From a virus: a stretch of 64,000 nt of DNA. Below, one piece after another: positions 40,301 to 49,407 of the stretch. The translations under genes were made by a program, and so were the position numbers. Within the stretch, counting starts at the first letter, position 1. Each line of letters begins with the position of its first letter. The notes beneath the pieces were generated by a model. The model saw only the letters and a program-made list of their open reading frames with translations, had not been told where the DNA came from and did not search any database. Location: IMG/VR virus record IMGVR_UViG_3300032285_000709, positions 1 through 64,000 of that record; one strand, written 5' to 3'.

Positions 40301-43300
40301 AATATTAGTCCAAATGCTATCGGAACTGTTGCTCCAAGTACTACGTTATATTTTGACAGCGTATATCAAGCGGCAAATAAACGTTATGTAGATAGTCAGT
40401 CTCAGATAGCGAAGATGCGTGATGTATCGTTAGTTAATTCAGCTGACGGTGACCTAATGATGTTTGGCAGTAATATTACTGCTTCTAGTTCAACAGTCAC
40501 TCCATTATATAATTCTGCTAGACAAGTTGTTAACGTTGCTAACAGCAGTTCTGTAATTACTAATACTCCATTAACAAGAGGAGGTGGTAGCGACATTACA
40601 ATTAGCCGTAATGGACGTTTCGCTACATTTAAATTAGTAGGTGGCCAAGGATCAACAAATCCAATTACCGATTATCATATTAATTCTGCGGCGGCTATTG
40701 CTCAGAGTAAATTATCATTGCAAGATGCAAAAGCAATATATAATACCGCACCTTTAAGTTTCAATCAGAGTTTATTAGGTGTTGCAACATTTAATAGCAC
40801 TCAGTTTAGTGCAAGTAATGGTTGGGTAAGTATTAATCTTACCAGCAACCTAACTACGCAGAGTTTAATTCCATCACAGAATGGAACATACGATCTTGGT
40901 AGTACAGGTAATAAGTTTGGAAATGTTTACGCTAATACATTGTTTGGTTCCATTGACGCTGGACAAATTGGTGGCACACTAGGCATTGAAAACGGTGGAA
41001 CAGCCGCAGGTACTGCCAGTGGTGCGTTAACTAATATTTTAGCAGGCGCTTCAAACCAACCTTCAGTTGGATTTGTATTGAAAGCCAGTGGTACTGGACA
41101 GTTCTATTGGGCACAAGAATTAGGCGGCGGATTACAAACTGGTACTAAGATTCTTACACAGCGTTTAGGAACTACAGTAGCATCAAACGGTCAAACAGTA
41201 TTCACTGCGCCAACATACAGCATAGGTGCAGGTCAACTTCGCGTTTATGTTAACGGTGTTCGCCAAAGCGTAGATAGAAACGACTATACTGAAACAAGTA
41301 CAACAACCTTTACGTTAGGTACTGGTTTAAACACAGGTGATTATGTTTTAGCTGAAGTTGATGGATACTATTTCTTCCAAGTTAATGCTAACGCAGTTGC
41401 ATATACTGCCAGCTATCCATTAACTGCTAACAACGTACAAGATGCAATTGATCAGTTAAATGCCAACAAGTACGCAAAAACAGGCGGCACAATTACAGGT
41501 GATGTAACTATCGATACTGGTAAGGCATTATATCTAGCGGCCGGTACATCTACTAAGCCTGCCTTAAAATTGATTGCAGGTACAACGTTAACAGCTCCTC
41601 AAGTAGGTGCTATTGAATTTGACGGCACATATTTGTATTATACACAAACTGCTGGTACAACACGCATGGCAGTAGCAAGTCAAACTTATGTAAATGCGCA
41701 AGGTTTCTTGAAGTATGCTGACAATATTACAAGTGCTAATACATCAACATACTCAACATACGCTGTGTATGCACAAAAAGCAGATACATCTACCTACGCG
41801 GCTATCGCTCCATGGAATGGATTAACTGGTACACCTCCAAGCAACACTATATTTGCTAACGGTGCGGCCTACTTAACATCGTCAGGTACAATTGACAATG
41901 CTGTAACAGCCGGAACTGCTAATAATCTTAACAGCGCAAATAGCTACCAAGTTACTCGATTAGGTATTGGCCAAGCATTAGGTGCCGCCTACTTAACTAT
42001 TGCGGCTGGTACTACTGTGCAGTCGGCTATTCAGTTGAACGTGGGCTCAACATTAACCAATGCCGTAGTGGGCGCAGTTGAATGGGACGGTAGTAACCTT
42101 TACTTAACCAGCCAAGGTCCGACACGACATACAGTCGCTTACCAAGACTGGGTTACTGCACAAGGATTCCAAACTGCATCAGGTAACGTACAACAGTCTA
42201 ATTTAGCAACTACAGCTACATACGTTGTTAACGGTGTTTACACTACTGGTAGCTATCCAAACCCAGCGTGGATTACCAGCTACGATGTTTCCAAAGTTAC
42301 AAATGGTGTATCATCTGCATTAACTTATAGCAATCCAACATTCATTAGTGCGTTAGATGCAGGTAAATTAACAAGCGGTACTATTCCAAGTGCTACATTA
42401 GGTAACAGTTCATTATATATCGGTAGTACTCAAGTAGCATTGAATCGTGCAAGTGCTAATTTAAGCCTAGCAGGAATTCCGTCTATCGCAATGCCCGGTT
42501 CAACAAGTGGAACTATCACTTTACAACCTGCGGCGGTTGCTGGCAGTAACACATTAACACTACCTGCACAAACAGGCTCGTTAGCAGTTACTGGAGATAG
42601 CTTCTATATTGGTAGCACACAGGTTGCTAATAATAGAGCAAGTGGCAATTTAGCATTAGCAGGTATTAGCAGTATTACATTGGCAGGTGCAACAAGCGGT
42701 AGTACAGTATTGCAACCTTCTGCAACTGCATCGGGTACATTAACATTACCGGCCGCAACTGGTACACTTGATCTAGTAGGTGCTACATTCTACATTGGTA
42801 CTACCGCTATCACTAATAACCGTAGTAGTGCGGCGCAAGCGTTAACTGGAATTAACAGTATCGACGGTACTGCGGCCAACGTTGCTAATGCCTTAACATT
42901 TAAAAATGATGGAACAGGCGCAGTAGCCGATAGTACATACAACGGCGGAACTGCTAGAAATATATCTTATAACTCAATTGGGGCGGCACCAGTAGGACAA
43001 ACATTCTACATCGGTACTACGCAAGTAGCAATCAACCGTGCAACTGGTTCTTTATCATTAACAGGAGTAAGTATCGACGGTAACGCCGGTACCGTTACAA
43101 ACGGTGTTTACACAAACAGCACATTGTATATTGGTACTACTGCTATTACAATGAACCGTTCAAGTGGCGCACAATCATTGACGGGTATCAACATTGACGG
43201 TAGTGCAGGATCAGCAGGATCAGCAAGTTGGGCAACTAACATCCGTGTTAGCTCAACTGACTATGCAGGTGCTACAGCCGCAACAATAAACACAGTTGCA

Positions 43301-43723
43301 TTACGTGATGGTTCAGGAAACTTAACAGCTAATACATTTAACGGTAACCTAAGCGGTAACGCTACATCAGCTAACTATGCTGACTTGGCAGAGAAATACA
43401 CAACAGATGTTGAGTATGCTCCAGGTACAGTAGTAATGGTAGGTGGCAACGAAGAAGTTACTGCGGTAACAGGTCCAGATTGCTGGGTACTAGGTGTTAT
43501 ATCAACTAACCCTGCTCACTTGATGAATGCTGGTGCTAACGGACAACCGATAGCGTTGACAGGTCGTGTACCAGTTAAATTAAATGTTGCAGTTAAGAAA
43601 GGTGACCCGATTTACCCAGACGTAAACGGCGGCGCAACAAATGTAAGTAATGGACGTCATCCATTTGGCTTTGCATTAACAACTACCACTGAGCCAGGCT
43701 TAGTAGAGTGTGCTATCAAATAA
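34334..43723 (+). CDS. giant (3129 aa) baseplate/tail fibre protein with C-terminal intramolecular-chaperone-like domain
   Basis: N-terminal NDGTGDAIRDAFNKVNQNF (T4 gp9/gp10-like); ATKAYVD repeats; G/T/S-rich; C-terminal YADLAEKY...GRVP. Confidence 0.8.
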   Translation: MPSISTASLIQSINLGAQSNDGTGDAIRDAFNKVNQNFSTIAGVLGVGSGLYFTKLIDTPHVLSPNKLIVTNPTGLTLTQVSLVGRNGIQLTLDQTAKTLTVDSTITNLVRDPNPILANNLSGNYVYRGVNFVDPVDDQDVATKKWIYDNFLNRDGNYEYISNTNPITHANVTATIVEGSTIRHNIQLTPSGANTSTNTGKTITVFTASGTTSTVDISRGQWLPSHVTRKDYVDTKISLQGTSTIDPFTGQINTGFGKMTGGLELFRSPAESDSPLIAATKAYVDENSPISKINFYVSLAGNDARYDVPSYKRGRSLAYAFKSIGKAAAAAIESEAVSEIKLGPYQRFITTDNYQTNVQISSTSTSLIPNAIKLNVTYNGGLGTDPFKERSIRPGMFLQGADSNAMANILNISLASNSNVEEYYEVQYVDYAQTFTSAITADKLSGDVTFTLFNYNIVPIPDFWIGYIFQLEQSVGGQSGKIIKVGTTYDPNGNVYDTFTVRMDSDLTNLNAISGTNWHVYSGYFIQGENLRYGQKYNKLEISLIVESGEYNEQFPIRMADNVSLRGDEFRRTIFKPAYVNGTARASISTSPWVNIWFRRDTQVDGLITCAISTATDYASTLTQVSVIPSSVTNDATTGVTTFTLSTSSSVTTPKNWTNKVFAKYNPDGKTYAAVGTITAVNQNTFFVNLAENYDNQRSIGSTATIASGAWHVFDPINFGYHYLRDPSKPANYIAGPNSGGHVHAYNIIQGNIEFLKSEIFGYVNQKYSGQFVLDPVKCKRDIGILLNAIAYDLKFGDINQSINAADSFVSDPSILSTSYGAKLPLTVDMVGYINTILQRVLINVAPTTKYSVAVQTTFSYSAESVALFTIADLTAAMQAIINKDPSFNPAKYNDQLDVFLMNDATILRYCGGQGHGGFMKVLDPEGQIKSKSPYTQTCSSFSRSVGHHTFSGGMLVDGFCGNLPLTVTTPGQAAQADTQGNLIFIPVSGLVRKPQFPCFFIDNGISYEVDYMNSYNSLAGTAVLALNSNNPGGFQSVSIQNAAAEFQASRTQSNPIYCTFINPGIAGAISAKGFVTTDANGVINGFNVTFPGKGYVGQPTIIVGQATFNFSIVGGVIKSMTVNNGGSGYTTGTKLTISSPGGGGTQATATITGVDGNGAITSVNLSYGGTGYSLSVTPTVTFGLQSFSAVLKNGFVGPLPFNIELNTAGNRSMLANDYTQINDLGYGVFATNGGLIENVSMFTYYNWTSYYALNGAQVRSITGSSCYGFYGLVSEGSNPLEIPTPVTLPDQLTQVATVYNQAPYQNVAGGAQFYVTIDSTYGYAPFAGSEVEVNHYGIRKIYNIQNASQVVNNVYVLSIDTTAIGGIYAAIPDGTPVTIRLQTQFRLYGLNASAVTRPSTVLTLNEESTYIYRILNYVNLGSDYVLAESEEAYDYISITPYTINSNFRQGIGRPSFISTGSGYTTTANWTATVVTPTTKSAVVLGNQGTAQVGVTQLSIASASGPIHPGMTITGNGVLSGQQVLWVSADTSVIQTTLAQQWTASTTLSFIGSTATAYAVSDQASGYITNLVITDPGVGYDSAPAVTIWPSPVGVSGNASVTVSLSGMVGSNVIKTSNIKSSDIARINAGLTASTPYYYQFGYEGQMYKITKYVPAGTRTKYNDTSVTGGSWNEIEITPIQSGATSMTKELWYSSTQPLYAGIEKNQGGAVTIQISTMRATGHDMLNVGTGGYASSKYPNDLYGPPTYLPDAGKITREVGKGRVYSVTTDQDGNFRVGKYFSVDQGRGTVTINAPIALSGISKLSFKKGVEVDNFSIDETMAGNSPRTVPTESAIVGYVGRRLGFDTSGNKTSVLGPGAIATNGVIPMAAPLNMAGNKVTNVGTPTGGTDAANKDYADDKISKRGTNELFYKGGQGAGVMSGSLILNGDPKVVTHTLSSQVNSGDGLLYLDSTAGIVPGMQVTYDPGVGSFGFIGGTTVTNVSTTSNVVNISPNAIGTVAPSTTLYFDSVYQAANKRYVDSQSQIAKMRDVSLVNSADGDLMMFGSNITASSSTVTPLYNSARQVVNVANSSSVITNTPLTRGGGSDITISRNGRFATFKLVGGQGSTNPITDYHINSAAAIAQSKLSLQDAKAIYNTAPLSFNQSLLGVATFNSTQFSASNGWVSINLTSNLTTQSLIPSQNGTYDLGSTGNKFGNVYANTLFGSIDAGQIGGTLGIENGGTAAGTASGALTNILAGASNQPSVGFVLKASGTGQFYWAQELGGGLQTGTKILTQRLGTTVASNGQTVFTAPTYSIGAGQLRVYVNGVRQSVDRNDYTETSTTTFTLGTGLNTGDYVLAEVDGYYFFQVNANAVAYTASYPLTANNVQDAIDQLNANKYAKTGGTITGDVTIDTGKALYLAAGTSTKPALKLIAGTTLTAPQVGAIEFDGTYLYYTQTAGTTRMAVASQTYVNAQGFLKYADNITSANTSTYSTYAVYAQKADTSTYAAIAPWNGLTGTPPSNTIFANGAAYLTSSGTIDNAVTAGTANNLNSANSYQVTRLGIGQALGAAYLTIAAGTTVQSAIQLNVGSTLTNAVVGAVEWDGSNLYLTSQGPTRHTVAYQDWVTAQGFQTASGNVQQSNLATTATYVVNGVYTTGSYPNPAWITSYDVSKVTNGVSSALTYSNPTFISALDAGKLTSGTIPSATLGNSSLYIGSTQVALNRASANLSLAGIPSIAMPGSTSGTITLQPAAVAGSNTLTLPAQTGSLAVTGDSFYIGSTQVANNRASGNLALAGISSITLAGATSGSTVLQPSATASGTLTLPAATGTLDLVGATFYIGTTAITNNRSSAAQALTGINSIDGTAANVANALTFKNDGTGAVADSTYNGGTARNISYNSIGAAPVGQTFYIGTTQVAINRATGSLSLTGVSIDGNAGTVTNGVYTNSTLYIGTTAITMNRSSGAQSLTGINIDGSAGSAGSASWATNIRVSSTDYAGATAATINTVALRDGSGNLTANTFNGNLSGNATSANYADLAEKYTTDVEYAPGTVVMVGGNEEVTAVTGPDCWVLGVISTNPAHLMNAGANGQPIALTGRVPVKLNVAVKKGDPIYPDVNGGATNVSNGRHPFGFALTTTTEPGLVECAIK
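42412..43200 (+). repeat. five degenerate ~25-aa repeats in the fibre shaft
   Basis: (L/F)YIG(S/T)T..A.NR.....L.G..I seen five times in the translation. Confidence 0.75.
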
Positions 43724-43736
43724 TTAGGAAAATATC

Positions 43737-44300
43737 ATGGTAACAAAAGTAAGAAGCGATACGTTAGATAGCAGTCTAGTACTAGATGTTGTTTCAATCT
43801 CAATGAATAATCCGGGATCTATAACTGGATTACAGACGATTTCCGGCCTAACATCACTATCGGCCAGCGGAACCTGCACAGTAAATGGTACATACATATT
43901 AGGTAGTAATTCTTCATTCCAAGCCACGTATGCTGACTTGGCAGAAAAATATACCAGTGATGAATTTTACGAACCAGGAACTGTTGTAGTATTCGGTGGA
44001 AAGAAAGAAATTACGATTAGCACAGAAGCAGGTTGTAGAAATATTGCTGGAGTAATTTCAAGTTACCCGGCATACGTAATGAACACAGATTGCTACGGTC
44101 CAGAGGTGGCACTATTAGGACGAGTTCCTTGTCGTGTAGTAGGTACTATTAAAAAGGGAGACTTAATGGTTGCAAGTAGCATGCCAGGAGTTGCTACATC
44201 TAGTGATGATCCAAAGGTCGGATCTGTTATTGGCAAAGCCCTTGAAAATTATGACAGTGAATTCCCTGGCATGATCGAGGTTGTTGTAGGAAGAGTTTAA
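43737..44300 (+). CDS. near stand-alone peptidase G2/IMC-like chaperone-domain protein
   Basis: YADLAEKY, GVIS..PAY.MN, GRVPC, IGKALE. Confidence 0.65.
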   Translation: MVTKVRSDTLDSSLVLDVVSISMNNPGSITGLQTISGLTSLSASGTCTVNGTYILGSNSSFQATYADLAEKYTSDEFYEPGTVVVFGGKKEITISTEAGCRNIAGVISSYPAYVMNTDCYGPEVALLGRVPCRVVGTIKKGDLMVASSMPGVATSSDDPKVGSVIGKALENYDSEFPGMIEVVVGRV

Positions 44301-47146
44301 TGTCATCTCCACCAAAATGGATCACTCCTGCTGGAAGTATCGGTACGTATGTACAGTCTCAAGAAGCATCATTTGTACTAGAAGCAGTTGGGGCGTCCGA
44401 CTTTGATCTTATATCCGGAACACCTCCAGGATTTTTTAACTTTCATATTACTACAGGTACTTCATTAACAGAGGTTACTTCTTTAGAAATTCGTGGTACT
44501 CCGTACACCTTTAATGAAAACATTTCATCAACCATAGTATTACGTGCATCAAATATATATGGCGTTACAGATCGTACATTTATTTTAAATGTTACAGGTC
44601 CTGTTGCTCCTACATGGGTTACTCCAGAAGGATATTTGGAAGTTGGTCCAAAAGCAGAACCATACTGCCTTAATAAAAATCGTGTAGATATTTTATTACG
44701 TGCAGAAACAAATAAACTTCCACAAGGTAAAGAGTTAACATATTACATTGCAGAAGGCGACGGAACATTGCCGCCAGGACTAAGATTAAATGGAAAGACA
44801 GGTCTAATTAACGGATATGTAAATGATAACCTAACTCTAGACTTCAATGCCAGCAAAATTGGCGGATATGATGCAGAATCGTATGACGCATATCCTTATG
44901 ATCACGTAGTATTTTTTAATAAGAACCCTGACGGAGTTCCTACGTCAATTAGTAAAATTTATCCTTTCTATGTTACTGTAACAGATGGCGTTTCTAGTTC
45001 TAGACAAAAATTTAAAATTCGAGTTGAGGATCCTAATGCGTTCCGTGCAGACACAACACAGATTGATGTCGACACCACTGACTTTTTAGCAGACATCGGT
45101 TATCTTCAAACACCAGTATGGGTGGCGGCTGACAACAGCTTATTACCTAATCCTGCTAACCTCGGCACTATTCGAGCAAATAATAATCATGGAATAGACT
45201 TAACAGTATTCGATCCTTATCCTTTTGTTGGTCCAATAACATTTGATTGGGAGTTAATTCGAGTTAATCCAGAAGTTAGAGTGTTAACTGATAGTCAGAA
45301 TAATGCAATTTATCTGCCAACTAGAAATTTAGCTGTACAGAATCAAATATATCTCAGTAAAACTATCGGCGTTCCGTTAGTCGGGATGCAAGTACAACTG
45401 GCTCCTTATGTTACTGTAGCAGATAACTTTGTGTATAATATAACACAAGTTGAAAAGTTCGGTGACTACGGTTATATTCTAACTCTTGACACACCTTTAA
45501 AATTTGATATTCCAGACAAGACCAATCTGTATATAGGATCAGCCAGTGTGCATCCAACCGGGTTAGATCTAGATCCGGAAACAGGATTGCTGTACGGCAG
45601 AATCCCTTATCAACCTGCATATAGTCAGACATATAGATTTACTGTTAGAATCACAAAAAGTGATTATGATACTAACGATAGTGTTTCCGACAATCAAATC
45701 TTTAACATAACAGTCAAAGGCGATGTTGAGAATCCTATTATATGGGTAACTGATACAGACTTAGGATATATTCTTCCTGGCTACGTTAGTGATCTAAGCG
45801 TTACCGCCAAACATGCAACTGTCGGTCTTGACATTGTGTATAGCCTTACTGGCGGATCTTTGCCTCCTGGTCTAAGTTTAACCAATCAAGGAAATATTAC
45901 AGGTTCCATTCCCTACAACATCCAGACTAACTTTGATGCAACAGCGTTAGGCTTTGGAGCAACTTCATTTGATTTAGGTCGTACAACATTTGATAAACAA
46001 TATCATTTCAATATTACTGCTCGAGACAGCTATCTATTGTCAGCAGTATCTAAAGACTTTACGATTGAAATTGAAGAAACATCAATTACTCCATACACAA
46101 ATATTTTCGTAAGTCCGTTACTGACTCCAGATCAAAGATCTTATGTTAAGTCATTAGTTAGCGATCCTGTAGTTTTTGACAGAAGTTTATTATACAAATC
46201 TGATGATCCTAATTTTGGTGTACAGAATAAAGTTAAGATGACTATCGAATATGGTGTCCAACAGATTGATATAGATGCATACACTCCTGCGCTAACCAAT
46301 TACTTTCAAAGAAAGCGTTACTACTTTGGAGATCTAAAAACTGCACAAGCAGTTGATGATACCGGAACTGTATTATATGATGTAATCTATGTAGACATTA
46401 TTGATGATCAGATGGACGGCAACAAAATTAGTGTCAGTCCTAGTTTTACTCAAATTGTTAATGGTTCTATTGTAACTTATTATCCAGATAGTATCATTAA
46501 CGAACAAGGCGCACTGGCATTAATATCTCCTACCCAAGGACAATTGATCAGTGTAGATGGACAGCTACGACCAAAGTTCATGCAAACATTACAGCAAGCA
46601 ACTGGAACTCCTTTAGGATTCATTAAAGCATTTATTTTATGCTATACTATTCCTAATAGATCAAGTGATATTATTACAAACATTAAAAATAAAGGGTTTG
46701 ACTTTAAAAATATCGACTTTGATATCGATCGCATCACTGTTGAAAATGCTATTTCTGCAAGAACTACCGCAGTAACCGTTTCGCCCACTGACGATTATCC
46801 TAATATAATAACACTATCTGAAATCAGCGGTTTGTTGCCAGGGATGCAATGTTTATTTAGAGGAGTTGAACAAGGTACTGTAATTACTTACGTTGATGTT
46901 CCAAACTCGCAAATTACTATAAGCAACCCCATTCAGCTTAGAATACCGTTTGGTTCCGTATTGAACTTCAATTTAGGAGTTAAACAGCTGGTATTTGGAC
47001 TAACTGCGGCCCAGGGTGGTGGTGTAAGTACATCATTCTACCTAGATACAGAAAGCTATAATGCGGCAACAGATCCAAATCCAGATAATGCGCTATTTGC
47101 AGATACAGATATCGATACGGAAGATGGCAGTCCATTATCAATATAA
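44300..47146 (+). CDS. virion structural (baseplate-like) protein with Ig-like repeats
   Basis: PxWxTxxG and G.LPPGL.L repeats. Confidence 0.65.
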   Translation: MSSPPKWITPAGSIGTYVQSQEASFVLEAVGASDFDLISGTPPGFFNFHITTGTSLTEVTSLEIRGTPYTFNENISSTIVLRASNIYGVTDRTFILNVTGPVAPTWVTPEGYLEVGPKAEPYCLNKNRVDILLRAETNKLPQGKELTYYIAEGDGTLPPGLRLNGKTGLINGYVNDNLTLDFNASKIGGYDAESYDAYPYDHVVFFNKNPDGVPTSISKIYPFYVTVTDGVSSSRQKFKIRVEDPNAFRADTTQIDVDTTDFLADIGYLQTPVWVAADNSLLPNPANLGTIRANNNHGIDLTVFDPYPFVGPITFDWELIRVNPEVRVLTDSQNNAIYLPTRNLAVQNQIYLSKTIGVPLVGMQVQLAPYVTVADNFVYNITQVEKFGDYGYILTLDTPLKFDIPDKTNLYIGSASVHPTGLDLDPETGLLYGRIPYQPAYSQTYRFTVRITKSDYDTNDSVSDNQIFNITVKGDVENPIIWVTDTDLGYILPGYVSDLSVTAKHATVGLDIVYSLTGGSLPPGLSLTNQGNITGSIPYNIQTNFDATALGFGATSFDLGRTTFDKQYHFNITARDSYLLSAVSKDFTIEIEETSITPYTNIFVSPLLTPDQRSYVKSLVSDPVVFDRSLLYKSDDPNFGVQNKVKMTIEYGVQQIDIDAYTPALTNYFQRKRYYFGDLKTAQAVDDTGTVLYDVIYVDIIDDQMDGNKISVSPSFTQIVNGSIVTYYPDSIINEQGALALISPTQGQLISVDGQLRPKFMQTLQQATGTPLGFIKAFILCYTIPNRSSDIITNIKNKGFDFKNIDFDIDRITVENAISARTTAVTVSPTDDYPNIITLSEISGLLPGMQCLFRGVEQGTVITYVDVPNSQITISNPIQLRIPFGSVLNFNLGVKQLVFGLTAAQGGGVSTSFYLDTESYNAATDPNPDNALFADTDIDTEDGSPLSI

Positions 47147-47170
47147 ATATAAAACTACTGAGGAATTAAC

Positions 47171-47749
47171 ATGGCAAGACAGAATACAGTAACCAATTGG
47201 TCAAACAGCATTAGTACTGTTTATCCCGTCGCAGGTCAGGATAACGATACGCAAGGATTTAGAGACAATTTTACCAATATTAAAAATGCGTTCACTAATG
47301 CATCAAAGCAATTTAGCGATATTAATAGTAATGGAGTGTTTGTTGATCAAACAAATGATCTCGGCGGAAATATTTTACAAAATGCCACATTACAATCATC
47401 TGGTCAATTAGTATTAGATAACACGTTAGTTCCAGTAGGAGGTTCGCAGACTGTAGATTTTACAGAAGGCAATTATCAAAAGTGGGCGTTGAATTCGTCA
47501 ACTAACTTTACTGTTATCAATTGGCCAGCTTCTAAAATCTATGCTTCAGTGAAGCTAGAATTACATAACACTTCTGCAACTAACATTACAGTTAGTGTTT
47601 TAACAGGAACAAACACATTGCTATTAGATGCAATGACCAGTACAGCGTTTCCTGCAACATTGAATACTACTACTACATACATTTATGAAGTTGCTACTAC
47701 TAACGGTGGAGTGACACAGTTAGCAAAACTATCAGGTAGATACAACTAA
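47171..47749 (+). CDS. putative virion structural protein
   Basis: YPVAGQDNDTQGFRDNF; TATAAATA upstream. Confidence 0.55.
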   Translation: MARQNTVTNWSNSISTVYPVAGQDNDTQGFRDNFTNIKNAFTNASKQFSDINSNGVFVDQTNDLGGNILQNATLQSSGQLVLDNTLVPVGGSQTVDFTEGNYQKWALNSSTNFTVINWPASKIYASVKLELHNTSATNITVSVLTGTNTLLLDAMTSTAFPATLNTTTTYIYEVATTNGGVTQLAKLSGRYN

Positions 47750-47988
47750 TGTTCAACCCGTTATTGCCAAACCTTGGTGAGATTAAAGAAAACGATTTGG
47801 AGAATAAAATATCCGAGTTGACTAGAAAATATTTCATGGCATTGCGCACTAACGGGTATCTAGCAGAGCAAGTGTTGGTAAGTTTAGAAGCATACAAAGC
47901 CGAACTACGTCAACGACAAATTGCTTCTCAAAAATCCTTAATGGAAAAATCAAACAAAGATCTAGACGATCTTATCAAAGTAGATTGA
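47749..47988 (+). CDS. hypothetical protein
   Basis: Coupled ORF. Confidence 0.55.
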   Translation: MFNPLLPNLGEIKENDLENKISELTRKYFMALRTNGYLAEQVLVSLEAYKAELRQRQIASQKSLMEKSNKDLDDLIKVD

Positions 47989-48013
47989 CATTAACACCTA
48001 GGTGTGTTATACT
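47985..48013 (+). promoter_or_regulatory. sigma70-type promoter (leaderless)
   Basis: TTGACA-17-TATACT, 6 nt before ATG 48020. Confidence 0.7.
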
Positions 48014-48019
48014 GTCACT

Positions 48020-48541
48020 ATGAAACTCTCTAAATACGGTCAAGTGATATTAAACGCAGAGGATGTCTTTAACGGCATGTACTCTGGTAAAATCAAGTCG
48101 CTTGAAGATATTTTCTTAGACAGTCCAGAAGAATGTAAGAAATTCAATGAAAGTGTAAGGAAAAATCACGACCATATAGGAGTTTGTAAGGTTTTCTTAG
48201 AAAATGATATTACACAATCCGAGTTTGATGCTGTGAATCAAGAACAATGGTTTATGCCCGAAGAGTATAAACTATACGATATAGTAGACTATTTGTATAG
48301 CCAGTGTCGTACATTAGAGCAAAAAGAAAGAGTAACTGAAGAACTTAAATTATTTGCTCAACATAATTTTATCATGGTTCTAAAATATCTTAAATACTTG
48401 GTAGATACTATGCGTAAAAACAATATTGTTTGGGGCGTAGGACGTGGCAGTTCTGTAGCCAGCTATTGTCTATACCTTATTGGGGTACATAAAGTAGACA
48501 GTATCAAATACGAGCTAGATATACATGAATTTTTAAAATAG
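48020..48541 (+). CDS. DNA polymerase III alpha (DnaE)-like fragment
   Basis: R...EL...F, WGVGRGSSVASYCLYLIGV..VD.IKY.L...FL; ends before the catalytic PDxD. Confidence 0.75.
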   Translation: MKLSKYGQVILNAEDVFNGMYSGKIKSLEDIFLDSPEECKKFNESVRKNHDHIGVCKVFLENDITQSEFDAVNQEQWFMPEEYKLYDIVDYLYSQCRTLEQKERVTEELKLFAQHNFIMVLKYLKYLVDTMRKNNIVWGVGRGSSVASYCLYLIGVHKVDSIKYELDIHEFLK

Positions 48542-48550
48542 GAGAATCTC

Positions 48551-48754
48551 ATGCCAAAATATAGATCAATGCAAGGTAAAGAAATAGACATGGACAAGTT
48601 GATCCAAGTTAACGAAACTGTACCTGCTGTAGGGAATGTACGTATGAACGCACGGGGTGATGAATTAGGTCCGGGCGGGAAAGTAGTAAAAACACGTGAA
48701 GATATAGTTTCACAATATTATCAAGATACGAAAGGTCAAGATGGGGATCTATGA
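48551..48754 (+). CDS. hypothetical phage protein
   Basis: AVGN.RMNARGDELGPGG; GGAG RBS. Confidence 0.6.
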   Translation: MPKYRSMQGKEIDMDKLIQVNETVPAVGNVRMNARGDELGPGGKVVKTREDIVSQYYQDTKGQDGDL

Positions 48755-49151
48755 TAAATCGGGTTCGATTACAAAAGTAAGCGGAACCTTCCGAGCCTTG
48801 CATGACAAGGTGTTTGTAACTGATATGGAATTCGGAGAAGAAGTTACTAAAAGCGGTATCGTGTTGCAAAGCGATAACGGTAAGAGTGAAGGTGTTCGTC
48901 CTCGCTGGGGTCGAGTATGGGCCGTCGGGCCTGAACAGAAAGATGTCAAAGTCGGTGAATGGGTTCTAGTTGAACACAGCCGTTGGACACGTACTATTCA
49001 TTACGAAGAGCCAGACGGAAGTGTTGTAGAAATTCGCATGGTCGAACTAGATTCAATGATCTTATCAGCAGACGAAAAACCAGACGATAGCGTTGATCGT
49101 AGAACAGCAATCGGTGCTGGTTCAAATGTTAACTTTAATATTCCAGGATAA
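48741..49151 (+). CDS. GroES/Cpn10-like co-chaperonin
   Basis: LHDKVFV, TKSGIVL, GRVWAVGP, VKVGEWVL. Confidence 0.8.
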   Translation: MGIYDKSGSITKVSGTFRALHDKVFVTDMEFGEEVTKSGIVLQSDNGKSEGVRPRWGRVWAVGPEQKDVKVGEWVLVEHSRWTRTIHYEEPDGSVVEIRMVELDSMILSADEKPDDSVDRRTAIGAGSNVNFNIPG

Positions 49152-49154
49152 ATT

Positions 49155-49361
49155 ATGGATCAGTACAAACATCAGGACGAAGACTATAAAGTTGAACAGG
49201 TAAAAGATACAATTACACCTGCGCAACTTGAAGAGCAGTTAAACAAACTAACTGCTATGGTCGCTCATCTAACTAAAAAGGTTGAATTTTTAGAAAGACA
49301 AGATCAGCGCAGTCGTTCTAGTTTCGAACAAATCCAATCGCGTATCGCCGCAAGAAAATAA
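49155..49361 (+). CDS. hypothetical coiled-coil protein
   Basis: ORF. Confidence 0.5.
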   Translation: MDQYKHQDEDYKVEQVKDTITPAQLEEQLNKLTAMVAHLTKKVEFLERQDQRSRSSFEQIQSRIAARK

Positions 49362-49370
49362 AAATAGGGC

Positions 49371-49400
49371 TTGACACAGCCCTATTCTTCCCTGTATAAT
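49371..49400 (+). promoter_or_regulatory. sigma70-type promoter with the -35 inside an inverted repeat
   Basis: TTGACA-18-TATAAT; AATAGGGCT/AGCCCTATT flank the -35. Confidence 0.65.
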
Positions 49401-49407
49401 TAGGGAT

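Noticed and set aside
43370-44300. Diversity-generating retroelement TR/VR pair
   Set aside because: Similarity is short and mainly at protein level, both copies are coding, and no reverse transcriptase is in the window.
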